A stretch of 64,000 nt of DNA from Candidatus Babeliales bacterium (GTDB lineage: Bacteria; Babelota; Babeliae; Babelales; UBA12411). The notes beneath the pieces were generated by a model. The model made no database searches, had not been told where the DNA came from, and saw only the letters and a program-made list of their open reading frames with translations. The position numbers and the translations under genes were made by a program. The stretch is taken from contig JAGMEA010000030.1 of assembly GCA_023128415.1 (NCBI GenBank), positions 263 through 64,262 on the forward strand, written 5' to 3'. Shown here piece by piece: positions 33,600 to 44,248 of this stretch (positions are counted from its first letter, which is position 1; the number at the start of each line of letters is the position of its first letter).

Positions 33600-33996
33600 A
33601 ATTACGTACTTTTTTTATAACATACAACCAAAAAGATAACAGATACCCTGCAACTCCGGCAAGAACCTCAAAACTTCTATAAGCAAAAGCAACTATTAAT
33701 ATAGAAAGAATAAAATATCTGAACATAGAATTTAAAGATAATTTTACTGAATGCCCCTTGCCAATCTCCTCACTACCCTTAGCAACCTCAAAAATCTTTT
33801 TATTATCATTAAAAAACAAAAAACCAAACAAGACCCCTAAAAGGGCGCCTGCCAGAAAAAAGGTTAAAATCATATAATATGAAAAAATATTCATAATTAG
33901 GCCCACATAATCTGTTTTTCGCCAGTCTAACTCCAATTCAAAATAATAAAAAGCTATTTTAATATAATAAATCGACAAAAACCCATACAAATTCAT
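33589..33996 (-). CDS. Small polytopic membrane protein in the AtpI/AtpZ position upstream of atpB
   Basis: 135 aa, possibly starting at the internal Met at 33894. It has 3-4 hydrophobic segments, overlaps the atpB start by 11 nt, and occupies the same position as atpI in F-type operons. There is no diagnostic motif. Confidence 0.4.
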   Translation of the reverse strand: MNLYGFLSIYYIKIAFYYFELELDWRKTDYVGLIMNIFSYYMILTFFLAGALLGVLFGFLFFNDNKKIFEVAKGSEEIGKGHSVKLSLNSMFRYFILSILIVAFAYRSFEVLAGVAGYLLSFWLYVIKKVRNYGN

Positions 33997-34099
33997 AGCT
34001 GAAAAAACCCACGAGAGCTAAAAACCCCATTTCTATTTAAAAACCAAACCATTGATTTTCAAATAGAAATATTTGTATTTTAGTATTAGGGGGATGATT

Positions 34100-34363
34100 A
34101 TGAAAAAGTTTTTAACAGTTTTGCAAGTACTACTTTCTCTATTTATAGCTACCCAAATGCTGGCTAAGTCTGGAGAATGCTTTCAATACAACGGCAGAGA
34201 CATTAATTACATATCGTGCAATTGCAACTGCTACGAACATGATAACAATTTTAAGGGCTGGTGCTCGAACTGTTGGCACTATCGCAATAGAAGGCCCCAA
34301 CAATTTGATTCAAATTATGCTAAAGCCAAATCACTCACCGACAAGCTAAGAGGCAAGCGCTAA
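34100..34363 (+). CDS. Small exported Cys-rich protein (87 aa)
   Basis: I take the start at ATG 34100, preceded by AGGGGGA. Leader MKKFLTVLQVLLSLFIATQMLA. The mature part has 6 Cys (C-x13-C-x-C-x-C-x11-C-x2-C) and a basic tail. Its 3' end overlaps the convergent ppsA by 18 nt. Confidence 0.5.
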   Translation: MKKFLTVLQVLLSLFIATQMLAKSGECFQYNGRDINYISCNCNCYEHDNNFKGWCSNCWHYRNRRPQQFDSNYAKAKSLTDKLRGKR

Positions 34364-36721
34364 AATAGTCTTTAGAACTGTATCTGGATTGAGAGAAATA
34401 GAATCAATACCACAATCAATCAAAAACTTTGCTATCTCGGGATAATCTGATGGTGCCTGGCCGCAAATTCCTATAGGCCTGCTACACTTATTTGCCCCTT
34501 TAATAGCCATTTCCATCATTTTCTTTACTGCAGCATTACGTTCATCAAACAATGGAGCAACTAGGTCAGAATCCCTATCTATTGCTAGAGTGGTTTGGGT
34601 CAAATCATTAGAACCTATTGAAAACCCATCAAAAACTTTTGAAAATTCCTCAATTAAAATGACATTAGAAGGCAATTCACACATCATAATAACACTAAGA
34701 CCGTTTTCGCCTTGTTTCAGCCCATATTTAGCCATTTCTTGAATAACTGTTTTGGCTTCTTCAACCGTTCGAACAAAGGGAATCATCAGTTTAACATTAT
34801 CCAATCCCATTTCTTCTCGAATTTTTTTCATTGCTAGGCATTCCAATGCAAAAGCTTCTTCATATTTTTCATGATAATATCTAGAAGCTCCTCTGAATCC
34901 AATCATTGGGTTTGATTCTTCAGGCTCAAAAAATTCTCCACCTAAGAGTTTTTTATATTCATTGCTCTTAAAGTCAGAAAATCTTACTATTACCGGTTTG
35001 GGATAAAAAGCAGCTGCAATGGTACCTGTTTCCTGAGCTAATTTATCGATGAAAAATTCTTTCTTATCCTCATATCCAAATGTCAAATCTTCTATCTTTG
35101 CCAAAACATCCTTGTCTTCAACTCTTTCAGGATGGACTAGTGCCATTGGATGAACATAAACAGAATTATTAATAATAAATTCTAGCCGGGCAAGTCCCAC
35201 GCCATCATTTGGAAGTAGAGCAAAACCAAATGCTTCATCTGGATTTGCAACATTCATCATAATTTTGGTAGAAATTTTTGGAATTTCTTTCAAAACAGTT
35301 TTTTTCACCTCAAATTTCATCTGCCCCTTATAGATAAAACCACCTTCACCGTTACTACAATCAATTGTAACTTCTTCTCCTGTTTTAATTAGGCTTGTTG
35401 CATTAGATGTACCAACAATGGCAGGAATCCCTATCTCTCTGCTAACAATAGCCGCATGGCAAGTTCTCCCACCGCGATTAGTAACGATACCAGCAGCATG
35501 CTTCATTATTGGTTCCCAGTCAGGATCAGTCATATCTGTAACCAAAATTTCACCCTCTTTGAGTTGGTGCATATCCCTAGCGGTCTCTATAACTCTTGCA
35601 ATCCCAGAGGAAATTTTACGACCAATGGCCTTACCCTTAATAATAACCTCTCCCTTTTCCTGAAGAATATATTCCTCCAAAACAGTTTCTTTTTTTCTTG
35701 AATGTACTGTTTCTGGACGAGCCTGGACGATATAAAGCTTTCCATCTATCCCATCTTTAGCCCACTCAACATCCATAGGCGTCCACTGGTCTTTTTTTTC
35801 AGAATAATATTCTTCAATCATTAACGCCTGTTTGGCAAGCTTTAAAATTTCATCGTCATTCAATGAAAATTGTTTTTGTTCTTGCTCAGAAACATCTACT
35901 GTCTTTGTTGGTTTTTCGTTATCATCTGAATAAATAATCTTTGTCTTTTTGGCCCCCATGTGCTTTTTCAACATGGGTCTAAATCCTTTTTTCAATGTTT
36001 CTTTATGAACATAAAATTCATCTGGATTAACTAGTCCAGCAACAACACTTTCACCGATACCATAAGAAGAGTTAATTAAAACTACATTTTTGAAACCAGT
36101 TTCAGTATCTAGGGTAAAAATAACCCCAGAGCTGGCCTTGTCTGATCGCACCATTTGTTGTACACCAACAGATAGTGCTACTTTCATATGATCAAATCCA
36201 TGATCAATACGATAAGAAATTGCTCGATCCGTAAAAAGTGAAGCTAAAGCTTTTTTACATGCAATTAAAAGATTTTTTTCATCTCTGATATTTAAAAATG
36301 TTTCCTGTTGACCAGCAAAAGAAGCCTCTGGTAAATCTTCAGCTGTTGCTGAAGAACGAACAGCAAACGTAGAATTTTTGTAGCGTTCTTTAATTTCTTT
36401 ATAAGCTTCTACAATTTCATCTGATAATTTTTTGGGAAAAGGCGCATCTATTATTACTTTTCTAATTCTCGCACCAATTTCTTTTAGCGTCTCAACATTT
36501 TTTTTATCAACCTTTAACAAATCGTTTTTAATTAGATCTTCTAAATTATTTTCTCTCAAATGAAGCCAATAAGCATCTGCTGTGGTTGCAAATCCCGAAG
36601 GAATCAAAATTCCTTTAGAAGTTAAAGCATTAATCATTTCTCCTAAAGATGCATTTTTACCACCAACAAGAGGTACATCTTCTATTCTCAAATCTTCAAA
36701 CCATTTAATATATTTCATCAC
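34346..36721 (-). CDS. ppsA: Phosphoenolpyruvate synthase (pyruvate, water dikinase)
   Basis: 791 aa. N-terminal ATP-grasp region VGGKNASLGEM, phosphohistidine swivel GGRTCHAAIVSREIGIPAIVG, and a C-terminal PEP-utilising barrel with FSIGSNDLTQ. Confidence 0.9.
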   Translation of the reverse strand: MMKYIKWFEDLRIEDVPLVGGKNASLGEMINALTSKGILIPSGFATTADAYWLHLRENNLEDLIKNDLLKVDKKNVETLKEIGARIRKVIIDAPFPKKLSDEIVEAYKEIKERYKNSTFAVRSSATAEDLPEASFAGQQETFLNIRDEKNLLIACKKALASLFTDRAISYRIDHGFDHMKVALSVGVQQMVRSDKASSGVIFTLDTETGFKNVVLINSSYGIGESVVAGLVNPDEFYVHKETLKKGFRPMLKKHMGAKKTKIIYSDDNEKPTKTVDVSEQEQKQFSLNDDEILKLAKQALMIEEYYSEKKDQWTPMDVEWAKDGIDGKLYIVQARPETVHSRKKETVLEEYILQEKGEVIIKGKAIGRKISSGIARVIETARDMHQLKEGEILVTDMTDPDWEPIMKHAAGIVTNRGGRTCHAAIVSREIGIPAIVGTSNATSLIKTGEEVTIDCSNGEGGFIYKGQMKFEVKKTVLKEIPKISTKIMMNVANPDEAFGFALLPNDGVGLARLEFIINNSVYVHPMALVHPERVEDKDVLAKIEDLTFGYEDKKEFFIDKLAQETGTIAAAFYPKPVIVRFSDFKSNEYKKLLGGEFFEPEESNPMIGFRGASRYYHEKYEEAFALECLAMKKIREEMGLDNVKLMIPFVRTVEEAKTVIQEMAKYGLKQGENGLSVIMMCELPSNVILIEEFSKVFDGFSIGSNDLTQTTLAIDRDSDLVAPLFDERNAAVKKMMEMAIKGANKCSRPIGICGQAPSDYPEIAKFLIDCGIDSISLNPDTVLKTILALAS

Positions 36722-36802
36722 AAAACCTTACTGAATTTTTCAAATACGTATAATTTTTATAATCTGTAACATATTAACAAATAATCTAGATAGAGAACAA
36801 AA

Positions 36803-37864
36803 ATGGAAGCAAAAAAAAATTTAATCTTTGTAATTTATGATAGCATCCTCAATTCAGTCTTTTATAGCATGGTATTATCGCCATTAATAGAAAAATTAAA
36901 TTTAGATCCAAACCTGCATATAACATTAATTTCTTTTGAAAGAAATAAAATTCCTGAAAACAAAACAGACATTCCAAAGACTGATCGTTTAAAAGTAGTT
37001 TTATTAAAAAGGCCTCGTTTTTTCGGCAAATCAAGTTTTATATTTTCAATACAAAAGCTTAAAAGTGTTTTCAAAAAATATCCTGGAGAAATCATTGCAA
37101 GGGGACCTCTTGCCGGATATATAACTTTAAAAGCAACCAACAATCCTTTTACCGTTCAGGCTAGAGGCTTGTGTGCAGAGGAATACCGTTATACACAAAA
37201 CTATAAAAAATCTAACTTTTTAAAAACTGCTATATCAAAATTAATTTATAAACAGTTCAAAAATATTGAGCATACTGTATATGCCTCAAACAAAGTTTTA
37301 ATAGAAAGTGTAAGTTGTGCTCTCAAAACTTATATAACTGAAAATTTTAAGGCCAAGAAAAATAAAATTACAATTATTAATGACGATATTCCATCAAAAT
37401 TTTCTAAAGAAGAAATTATTTTCTTTAGAAAAGAAGTAAGAGAAAAACTAAGTATCGACGAAACCAAATTTGTATATTGCTATAGTGGATCAGCACAGCC
37501 CTGGCAGTGCATTGAAGATGTTGTTGATTTTTTCAAGCAAGAATTATCAAAGCAAGAAAATATATTTTTATTAGTTCTAACCCAAGAAACAAACCACTTT
37601 GAAAAACTTTTTAAAGATAATTTTTTTCCAAAAAATTCTTACAAAGTAATTTCTATAAATCCAGAAATTTTATATCAATATTTGTCAGCTTGTGATGCAG
37701 GTCTTTTATTTAGAAAAAAAGATATCGTTAATTGGGTTTCACGACCAACAAAATTACTTGAATATCAATCTGTGGGCTTAAAAATCATTCACAATAATAC
37801 AATTGCTTATCTAACAGAGGATTCAGCAAAAAAAAGAGTTGCTTCAAATAACTTAAATGTTTGA
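36803..37864 (+). CDS. Hypothetical protein, possibly a GT-B-fold glycosyltransferase-like protein
   Basis: 353 aa. There is only a weak two-Rossmann-like layout and a C-terminal PTKLLEYQSVGLKII resembling the GT-B acceptor/donor helix. There is no EX7E. Confidence 0.3.
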   Translation: MEAKKNLIFVIYDSILNSVFYSMVLSPLIEKLNLDPNLHITLISFERNKIPENKTDIPKTDRLKVVLLKRPRFFGKSSFIFSIQKLKSVFKKYPGEIIARGPLAGYITLKATNNPFTVQARGLCAEEYRYTQNYKKSNFLKTAISKLIYKQFKNIEHTVYASNKVLIESVSCALKTYITENFKAKKNKITIINDDIPSKFSKEEIIFFRKEVREKLSIDETKFVYCYSGSAQPWQCIEDVVDFFKQELSKQENIFLLVLTQETNHFEKLFKDNFFPKNSYKVISINPEILYQYLSACDAGLLFRKKDIVNWVSRPTKLLEYQSVGLKIIHNNTIAYLTEDSAKKRVASNNLNV

Positions 37865-38079
37865 TTTTCAAAGTCATAATTTGAATCCAAAATTTTTCTC
37901 GCTTCTTTCTCAAAAGCATTTTTTTGCTCAGGGGTCATATGTTCTAAATTCCGCCTAAATGCTCTTACAAACATTGATTTTGCAATATTAAAAGCTTCAT
38001 CCCCTGTAGAAAATGTTAAATTAGTACCTAAGAATAAACAAATAACTCCGGTTGCTAATATTTTTTTATGTATTGTCAT
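37807..38079 (-). CDS. Small exported protein (90 aa)
   Basis: Leader MTIHKKILATGVICLFLGTNLTFS. It lies 7 nt downstream of the nucleoside transporter gene on the same strand. Its 3' end overlaps the convergent + gene by 58 nt, so one of the two ends may be mis-set. Confidence 0.4.
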   Translation of the reverse strand: MTIHKKILATGVICLFLGTNLTFSTGDEAFNIAKSMFVRAFRRNLEHMTPEQKNAFEKEARKILDSNYDFENQTFKLFEATLFFAESSVR

Positions 38080-38086
38080 AATGTCC

Positions 38087-39277
38087 TTAAATTAACAGCG
38101 ATGCTATAGCCGCATTTAAAAAATTTGTAAGTGTACCACCAAGAAGAGCTCTCATTCCCAACTTTACTAATGTGTCTCTAGATTTAGGAGCAATAGCACC
38201 AATTCCACCTATTTGAATGCCTATACATGAAAAGTTAGAAAAACCTGCAAGAGCATAAGTTAAAATGATTTTTGTTTTTTCTGTAATTGCAAAATTTACC
38301 ATGCTTGAGTAAGCGACAAACTCATTAATAACTAATTTTTGTCCTAACAAAGCTCCTGCTGATTGCGTATCTATTTTTGGTACTCCAAGAAGAAAAGCAA
38401 AAGGGCCAAAAAATGCGGAAAAAATATCATTCAAAGTATAAAAACCAACGTAAGATAAAATATAATTTATCATAGCAATCAAGCTGATAAAAGTAATAAG
38501 CATTGCTAAAACATTAACAGCCAAGCCTAACCCATCCGTTGTTCCTGTAGTAATAGCATCTAAAATATTTTTGCTATTACTTTTCATATCAACTTGTTTT
38601 TTACCAACAGTTTCTGGCTTTTCAGTTTCAGGAAGAAGAATTTTTGAAATTAAAATAGAACCGGGTATTGCCATCACACTAGCAGAAAGCAAGTGCATCA
38701 TAGGAACACCTATAGAACCGTATACTGCTAAAATAGCACCGCTCAATGTCCCCATACCACTAACCATAACAACTAAAATTTCGGAAGTTGTCATTTTTTC
38801 TAAGTAATGTTTTATAAGCAAAGGAGCTTCAGTTTGTCCTAACATACTGTTTGCAGCAGCACACAAAGTTTCTGCTCCTGATGTTCCTAACAAAGGACGA
38901 ACAAGAAAAGAAACAACTCTTACTGCTACTTGAATAATGCCTAAGTGAAATAGCACCGACATTAGGGCGCCAAAAAATATAATAATGGAGGCAACCTTAA
39001 TAGCAAAAATCATAGCCCAAGGTCCGGTACCAAAAACAAATTCTGATCCAGCTGTAGCAAATTCGTAAACTCTACTAAAACCTGCAGCTAACTTTTTAAA
39101 TAAAAATCTACCAGGAGCCGTTTTTAAAATAAAAAATGCCAGCAGAAACTGCATCAATAAAGCGTTCCCCACTAATTTAAAGCTGATCTTTTTTCTATTA
39201 TTAGAAAACAAATAAGCAATTAATAAAATTGCAACTATACCTAAAACACCAATGTAACGGGTATCTAGTAGAGACAT
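38087..39277 (-). CDS. nupC: Concentrative nucleoside transporter (NupC/CNT family)
   Basis: 396 aa and polytopic. Family motifs GQTEAPLLI, GMGTLSGAILAVY and GQKLVINEFVAY. Confidence 0.85.
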   Translation of the reverse strand: MSLLDTRYIGVLGIVAILLIAYLFSNNRKKISFKLVGNALLMQFLLAFFILKTAPGRFLFKKLAAGFSRVYEFATAGSEFVFGTGPWAMIFAIKVASIIIFFGALMSVLFHLGIIQVAVRVVSFLVRPLLGTSGAETLCAAANSMLGQTEAPLLIKHYLEKMTTSEILVVMVSGMGTLSGAILAVYGSIGVPMMHLLSASVMAIPGSILISKILLPETEKPETVGKKQVDMKSNSKNILDAITTGTTDGLGLAVNVLAMLITFISLIAMINYILSYVGFYTLNDIFSAFFGPFAFLLGVPKIDTQSAGALLGQKLVINEFVAYSSMVNFAITEKTKIILTYALAGFSNFSCIGIQIGGIGAIAPKSRDTLVKLGMRALLGGTLTNFLNAAIASLLI

Positions 39278-39372
39278 AAAAGTCCTTACGAATAAAAAAT
39301 TGAGAGAGATGAGTAAACTGAAAATAAACTGCCAAAAAAGACTATGGTTGTCTACGAAAGTTTGAAGGAAAA

Positions 39373-40434
39373 TTAAGACAAAATATTTGAACCTTCACTT
39401 TGTCTTTCTTTAAATTCCCATTCCTTCAAAGGTTCAACTAAATCGTTAAGATATCCTTGCATAACAATATCTAGTTTTTTAAGAGTCAAATTAATTCTGT
39501 GATCAGTAATTCTGTTTTGAGGAAAATTATAGGTTCTTATTTTTTCTGAACGTTCACCCATACCAACTAACTTTTTACGCTGGGCACTTAGTTCAGCTTC
39601 GTGACGTACTCTTTCAGCCTCAAAAATTCTAGCTTGTAAAACTTTCATGGCCTTAGCTTTATTTTTTGCCTGAGAACGCTCATCCTGACAAGAAACAACA
39701 ACACCTGTTGGAATATGAGTAATACGTACAGCAGAATCTGTTGTATTAACATGCTGCCCCCCAGCACCACTAGCCCTAAAAACATCTATGCGTAAATCTT
39801 GTGGATCTATTTTAACATCAACTTCATCAGCCTCTGGCAATACCGCCACGGTTACAGTAGATGTATGTACTCGACCTTGAGTTTCTGTCCTAGGAACTCT
39901 TTGAACCCTATGAACTCCAGATTCAAATTTTAAATGCTTAAAAACATTTTTACCTTTAACATAAATAATAATTTCTTTATAACCACCAATATCTGTTTCA
40001 TTGTAATCAACAATAGAAACACTCCAATTTTTTGAAAGAGCGTAATTGTTATACATTCTAAAAAGATCTGAAGCAAAAAGAGCGGCTTCTTGTCCCCCTG
40101 CACCAGCTCTAATTTCTAGGAAAATTGAGCGGTTATCCCGTTCATCCTCAGGATAAAGCAAGTTTTCTAGATCCTTTTCTATATCTTTAAGCTCTAATCT
40201 TTTTTCTTCTATGTCTTCTTCATAAAGCTCAATCAGTTCGGGATCATCCTGTGCTTGAATCTTAAGATCTTTAATAGCTTTTTTTAGCTCTTCTATCCGT
40301 TCCAAGGCAGTAATTACATTATTGAGTTGTGATCCTTCTCGTTGAAAATCTCGCCTAACCTTAGTATCTAAATTAGGGTTAGCTAATTTTTCTGTAATTT
40401 CTTCATACTTTTTTTTTAGATCAACAAGATTCAT
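39373..40434 (-). CDS. prfA: Peptide chain release factor 1
   Basis: 353 aa. GGQ motif [25 protein letters not shown]. The codon-recognition region [17 protein letters not shown] is RF1-type PxT, not the SPF of RF2. Confidence 0.93.
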   Translation of the reverse strand: MNLVDLKKKYEEITEKLANPNLDTKVRRDFQREGSQLNNVITALERIEELKKAIKDLKIQAQDDPELIELYEEDIEEKRLELKDIEKDLENLLYPEDERDNRSIFLEIRAGAGGQEAALFASDLFRMYNNYALSKNWSVSIVDYNETDIGGYKEIIIYVKGKNVFKHLKFESGVHRVQRVPRTETQGRVHTSTVTVAVLPEADEVDVKIDPQDLRIDVFRASGAGGQHVNTTDSAVRITHIPTGVVVSCQDERSQAKNKAKAMKVLQARIFEAERVRHEAELSAQRKKLVGMGERSEKIRTYNFPQNRITDHRINLTLKKLDIVMQGYLNDLVEPLKEWEFKERQSEGSNILS

Positions 40435-40450
40435 AAGTTTCCCTTAAGCA

Positions 40451-40485
40451 AGAAAAAAGGCGCACCTATAAAAAGTGCGCCTTTT
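40451..40485 (-). terminator. Rho-independent terminator downstream of rpmE
   Basis: On the minus strand, GGCGCAC-loop-GTGCGCC (40459-40465 / 40475-40481) is followed by TTTTTTCTT. It lies between rpmE and prfA. Confidence 0.65.
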
Positions 40486-40494
40486 CTAAAGCTT

Positions 40495-40707
40495 TTACTT
40501 AGAAGATTTGGATTTTTCAAATCTTTTCTGAAATTTTTCTATTCTACCAGCTGTATCAACAAACTTTTGAGTACCAGTAAAAAAAGGATGACAATTAGAG
40601 CAAATATCTACTTCTAATTCTTCCTTAGTAGAAGATGTTTTAAATGAGTTACCGCATACACAATTGGCAGTAACATCAAACATTTTTGGTTGTATTTCTT
40701 TTTTCAT
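40495..40707 (-). CDS. rpmE: 50S ribosomal protein L31
   Basis: [22 protein letters not shown]...[29 protein letters not shown] take the start at the internal Met 40707, which gives the canonical MKK.I.P N-terminus. The ORF-track start at 40734 overlaps the upstream gene. Confidence 0.9.
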   Translation of the reverse strand: MKKEIQPKMFDVTANCVCGNSFKTSSTKEELEVDICSNCHPFFTGTQKFVDTAGRIEKFQKRFEKSKSSK

Positions 40708-40711
40708 ACTC

Positions 40712-41725
40712 TTATTTACCCATTTTCTGTGCAAATTTTTCTTTTAATCTATCTATAAGGAATACAGGTTCAACCTCCTGTCCCCTAGCAACGCCGAGAT
40801 AATACGATGCAAAATCCGACCATAGAACAATATGCAATAACTGTTCTACCCAATTATCCCCTAAAATAGGCGGATTGTAAAGGCTTGCTCCTTGCTCTTT
40901 AAGGATTTCAGACAAGGATTCTATAGAAACCTCAACCTTAGGGGAAACAAAGCTGGTAGCAAAGAATATAACAAACGGCTTACATTCGTCTTCTAATTTC
41001 GTAAATCCAACTAAAAGATTATGATTTAACTCTGGAAATGAAGAAAACACTGCTCTAGTCTTGCTATTTTCATTAAACTGCGTTTGTGCCCTATAAGCAA
41101 ACTCAGCACTATCGCCACTGACTCCCCATATATGAAAAAAGGACTTATCTTTGGCTAAATCTATAAATTCTTTATAATAGCCTTCATCCTCTAGCTTCGG
41201 AAGATACATATCTAAATGTTTTATAAGATCATCTAATATCTTTTTACCAGAATCAAGATTCATGAGCTCTAACAAACCCAAAATCATACCTAAAAAATAC
41301 CCTAGAGCACCCCTAGGAGTGTTGCTTTCAGGAACAATCATATGTAGAATGTTTTTTTCTTCCGAAATCCTTAAAATCTCTCCATTATGGGAAATTACGA
41401 CTGTTGGAATATGACGATCAATTAATTTATTAAACGCTTTTACTGTTTCCCAAGTGTTTCCTGAATATGAAACAACAATAGCCAAAGTTGAACCATCTAT
41501 GTGCGCTGGAACCTCAGGCGAATCTATTATAAAAAATGGGATCTTACTTTCTTTTTCTAAAAAAGCTTTAACCATTCTTCCAGCAATGCCCGACCCACCC
41601 ATTCCAAAAAATGCAATTTTGTTAATATTTGTAGGTAGAGCACCTGAGTGTTCAAAATGAAAATTGTGAGCTATATCAAGACCATCTTTGAGCTTTTGTG
41701 GCCATGCTTTAATATTTTCTATCAT
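40712..41725 (-). CDS. SIS-domain bifunctional phosphoglucose/phosphomannose isomerase-type protein
   Basis: 337 aa. SIS nucleotide/sugar-phosphate binding loop [20 protein letters not shown], and a length and layout typical of the PGI/PMI family. Confidence 0.6.
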   Translation of the reverse strand: MIENIKAWPQKLKDGLDIAHNFHFEHSGALPTNINKIAFFGMGGSGIAGRMVKAFLEKESKIPFFIIDSPEVPAHIDGSTLAIVVSYSGNTWETVKAFNKLIDRHIPTVVISHNGEILRISEEKNILHMIVPESNTPRGALGYFLGMILGLLELMNLDSGKKILDDLIKHLDMYLPKLEDEGYYKEFIDLAKDKSFFHIWGVSGDSAEFAYRAQTQFNENSKTRAVFSSFPELNHNLLVGFTKLEDECKPFVIFFATSFVSPKVEVSIESLSEILKEQGASLYNPPILGDNWVEQLLHIVLWSDFASYYLGVARGQEVEPVFLIDRLKEKFAQKMGK

Positions 41726-41863
41726 ATTTACTCCCTAATTTAAGTAGATTGATTCCTAATAATCTAAAACAAAATGAAAATTAGGACAAACTTTCAAAAG
41801 CACCCTCTTGACTCTTTCTAACTTTGTGTAAAAATTTATTTGCTTTAAAAGGAATCAAGAATA

Positions 41864-42505
41864 ATGAACACTAAACGTTTTTTACTACTTTTATTAATTT
41901 TTAAAATAACATTTTCTATATATTTATCTCCAAATACTGAAACTCCAGTAGAAGATCTTGTATATATGCATCTCGCACTAAAATCTAATTTGAATGGCAA
42001 TAACGGATTTAATAAAGCCATGTGCCTTTTTACTTTAGGAAATTTTCTTAGAAACCAAGAACGTGTAAAAGTGGAATTAAACGCACTTTCTAAAAAAGCT
42101 TACTATATTAATAATCTCACTACTGGACAAAATAAAAAAGAAAAATCTAAAACGTATCAAAATCTTAAAGTTATTTTACAATATCTGTTGATTATGCTTA
42201 AAGTTCATAACAGTAAAATAAGCTACTTCTTCTCAGGACCTAGTGAAATTATTCAACATCTAGAAGGCCTAATAAAATTAATTCCGGGAAATCCTTTAAA
42301 TAATGAAGAAATAACAACGTTCATAAAAATAAAAAATATGCGTAAAAATAAGCTACTAACTCCGAATGAGGTAAAAGAAGCTGCAAACAGCAATACATTA
42401 CTTAAAACATTTATAGAATGGCTTATCCCACTTCAAAAAAACGAAGAGGATTTAACTTGTGCAAAAATACTTTACTATGTAATTCCAAAATATGGTAGCA
42501 CCTAA
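41864..42505 (+). CDS. Hypothetical exported protein
   Basis: 213 aa, leader MNTKRFLLLLLIFKITFSIY, no recognisable motif. Confidence 0.45.
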   Translation: MNTKRFLLLLLIFKITFSIYLSPNTETPVEDLVYMHLALKSNLNGNNGFNKAMCLFTLGNFLRNQERVKVELNALSKKAYYINNLTTGQNKKEKSKTYQNLKVILQYLLIMLKVHNSKISYFFSGPSEIIQHLEGLIKLIPGNPLNNEEITTFIKIKNMRKNKLLTPNEVKEAANSNTLLKTFIEWLIPLQKNEEDLTCAKILYYVIPKYGST

Positions 42506-42520
42506 GAATTTATACTAATT

Positions 42521-43438
42521 CTATTGCAACCAAGGAACCATTCCTATATTCCATGTACCACCCTCTCTCCTCTCAACTTCCCTATCTGCCTCGTCCTTTG
42601 TAGGAGGAACATAATTGTCTAGTGCAGGATTTTCATATTTTCTCAAAACATCTTCAAAGGATGCCTCAGCTGACTCTTTAATACGTTGATCCCTAATTGT
42701 TTCAAGAGTATAAGCGATGATATCTCTTTTCTCAGACCTGGAAATTCTTCCATATCGCAATATCCATTCAACAATGTCTTTTCTGTCACCTTGAACATGA
42801 ATTTGCCCTATAGCTAATTTAATCTCTCTCAAAAAATTATATGGGTTTATTATCGGAGAAGAGTTAGGATACATTTGAACACCAGCTTCCCTTAAACTAT
42901 CTTTTATTATTTTAGTAGCAGCCATTTGAGGCTGACTAACAATAGAAGAACCCGCTACCATGTAATTAGCAACTAATTTACTGCCATTATCAACATATCT
43001 TATCTCTATTCGATCTTGTAAATTTGGAACATACAAATATAAATTATCCGGAAATGCCCCTACTGACACTTCTGCAAGTATGGCAGAAGCCGTCTGTTTC
43101 CCATTGAGGAGAGAAGAAAGTGTAGCCGCCGTTGAATGAAGCCCATGATGAATAGAAAATTTGTTTCCCACTGTTACTAAATTTCTAAGATCGTGATCAA
43201 TTGATTCATTCGGATTAATAATTCTTTCATCAATATTAAGATCTTGATCTAGAGATTTATGCAAAAAAGAATCAATCTTACGATGTTTAAAATAATCATT
43301 TCCTAGATAGTCAGAATTAATAGCTTTAAAATTTGATAAATATATCGTATGGCACGTATTATTAACGATAATAATAGAATTTAATTTCTGAAACGAAATA
43401 ACAATTAATACAAATAATATTTTGCTTAGACTTTTCAT
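42521..43438 (-). CDS. Hypothetical exported protein
   Basis: 305 aa, leader MKSLSKILFVLIVISFQKLNS, no recognisable motif. Confidence 0.45.
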   Translation of the reverse strand: MKSLSKILFVLIVISFQKLNSIIIVNNTCHTIYLSNFKAINSDYLGNDYFKHRKIDSFLHKSLDQDLNIDERIINPNESIDHDLRNLVTVGNKFSIHHGLHSTAATLSSLLNGKQTASAILAEVSVGAFPDNLYLYVPNLQDRIEIRYVDNGSKLVANYMVAGSSIVSQPQMAATKIIKDSLREAGVQMYPNSSPIINPYNFLREIKLAIGQIHVQGDRKDIVEWILRYGRISRSEKRDIIAYTLETIRDQRIKESAEASFEDVLRKYENPALDNYVPPTKDEADREVERREGGTWNIGMVPWLQ

Positions 43439-43520
43439 AACCCCCCTACTAAACGACTAAAACAATATATTATATAATAATCAAACGAACATAATAATTG
43501 CAAGAAATGCCCAGGATTAA

Positions 43521-44243
43521 TTACTTAAGCATAGCCAAGGTTACCTGCCTATTTGCATCTTCCTTATCTCTACGATAAGAACAATAATTTATGTTACAAA
43601 TCGTACACTCATGATGTTTAAGTTGAATATTTTGTTCTTTTACCCCTAAATTGACCAATTGATGCTTATTAAACTTAGATAAATCCAAAAATAACTTTCC
43701 TTTTCTATGCATCAAGCAGTGTTCATGATCAATATCGGTTCTACTTAAATGCTTTAAAAAATCTCTTTGTACTTCGTAGCAACAAGACCTTGCAGCCGGA
43801 CCAAAATGCACTTCTATGTCAGCAGGATCGGACTTAAACCTATCATGCATCATCTGAAGAGTTCGCTTAGAAACTCCTGCAACACTCCCTTTCCAACCAG
43901 CATGAGCCACAGCCAGGACATGTTTACTTCTATCATAAAAAACCACTGGAAGGCAATCCGCTGTTAAAATCCCTATTCCAACTTCATCTCTATCCGTTAT
44001 AATTATATCCCCATGCTCATCAGGAATATCTAGCGGATATTTGAGTTTAGATTCTTTAGAAACAACTATTCCATTAGTTCCATGAACCTGTTTTAGAAAA
44101 ACAGAACCTTTTGCATTAATTTTTTGTTGTATACCTAAAAGTACTTCTTTGAGATTATTGTGCAAATCTTCTTTCGAAAGTTTTACGCTTTCAGAATCAT
44201 CGCCAAAATAAATTAAGAAATTGGAATCGTTATGAACTTTCAT
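43521..44243 (-). CDS. pgeF: YfiH/PgeF (DUF152) purine nucleoside / peptidoglycan-editing family protein
   Basis: 240 aa. QVHGTNG, LTADCLPVVFYD, VAHAGWKG and CCYEV. It lies downstream of ftsZ, as ylmD does in many dcw clusters. Confidence 0.8.
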   Translation of the reverse strand: MKVHNDSNFLIYFGDDSESVKLSKEDLHNNLKEVLLGIQQKINAKGSVFLKQVHGTNGIVVSKESKLKYPLDIPDEHGDIIITDRDEVGIGILTADCLPVVFYDRSKHVLAVAHAGWKGSVAGVSKRTLQMMHDRFKSDPADIEVHFGPAARSCCYEVQRDFLKHLSRTDIDHEHCLMHRKGKLFLDLSKFNKHQLVNLGVKEQNIQLKHHECTICNINYCSYRRDKEDANRQVTLAMLK

Positions 44244-44248
44244 ATAGA

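Noticed and set aside
39373-40434. RF1 tripeptide reads P-R-T instead of the common P-A/V-T; possible altered stop-codon recognition
   Set aside because: The middle position of PxT is variable. Genes in the window terminate with TAA, TAG and TGA, and long ORFs read normally in the standard code, so there is no evidence for recoding.
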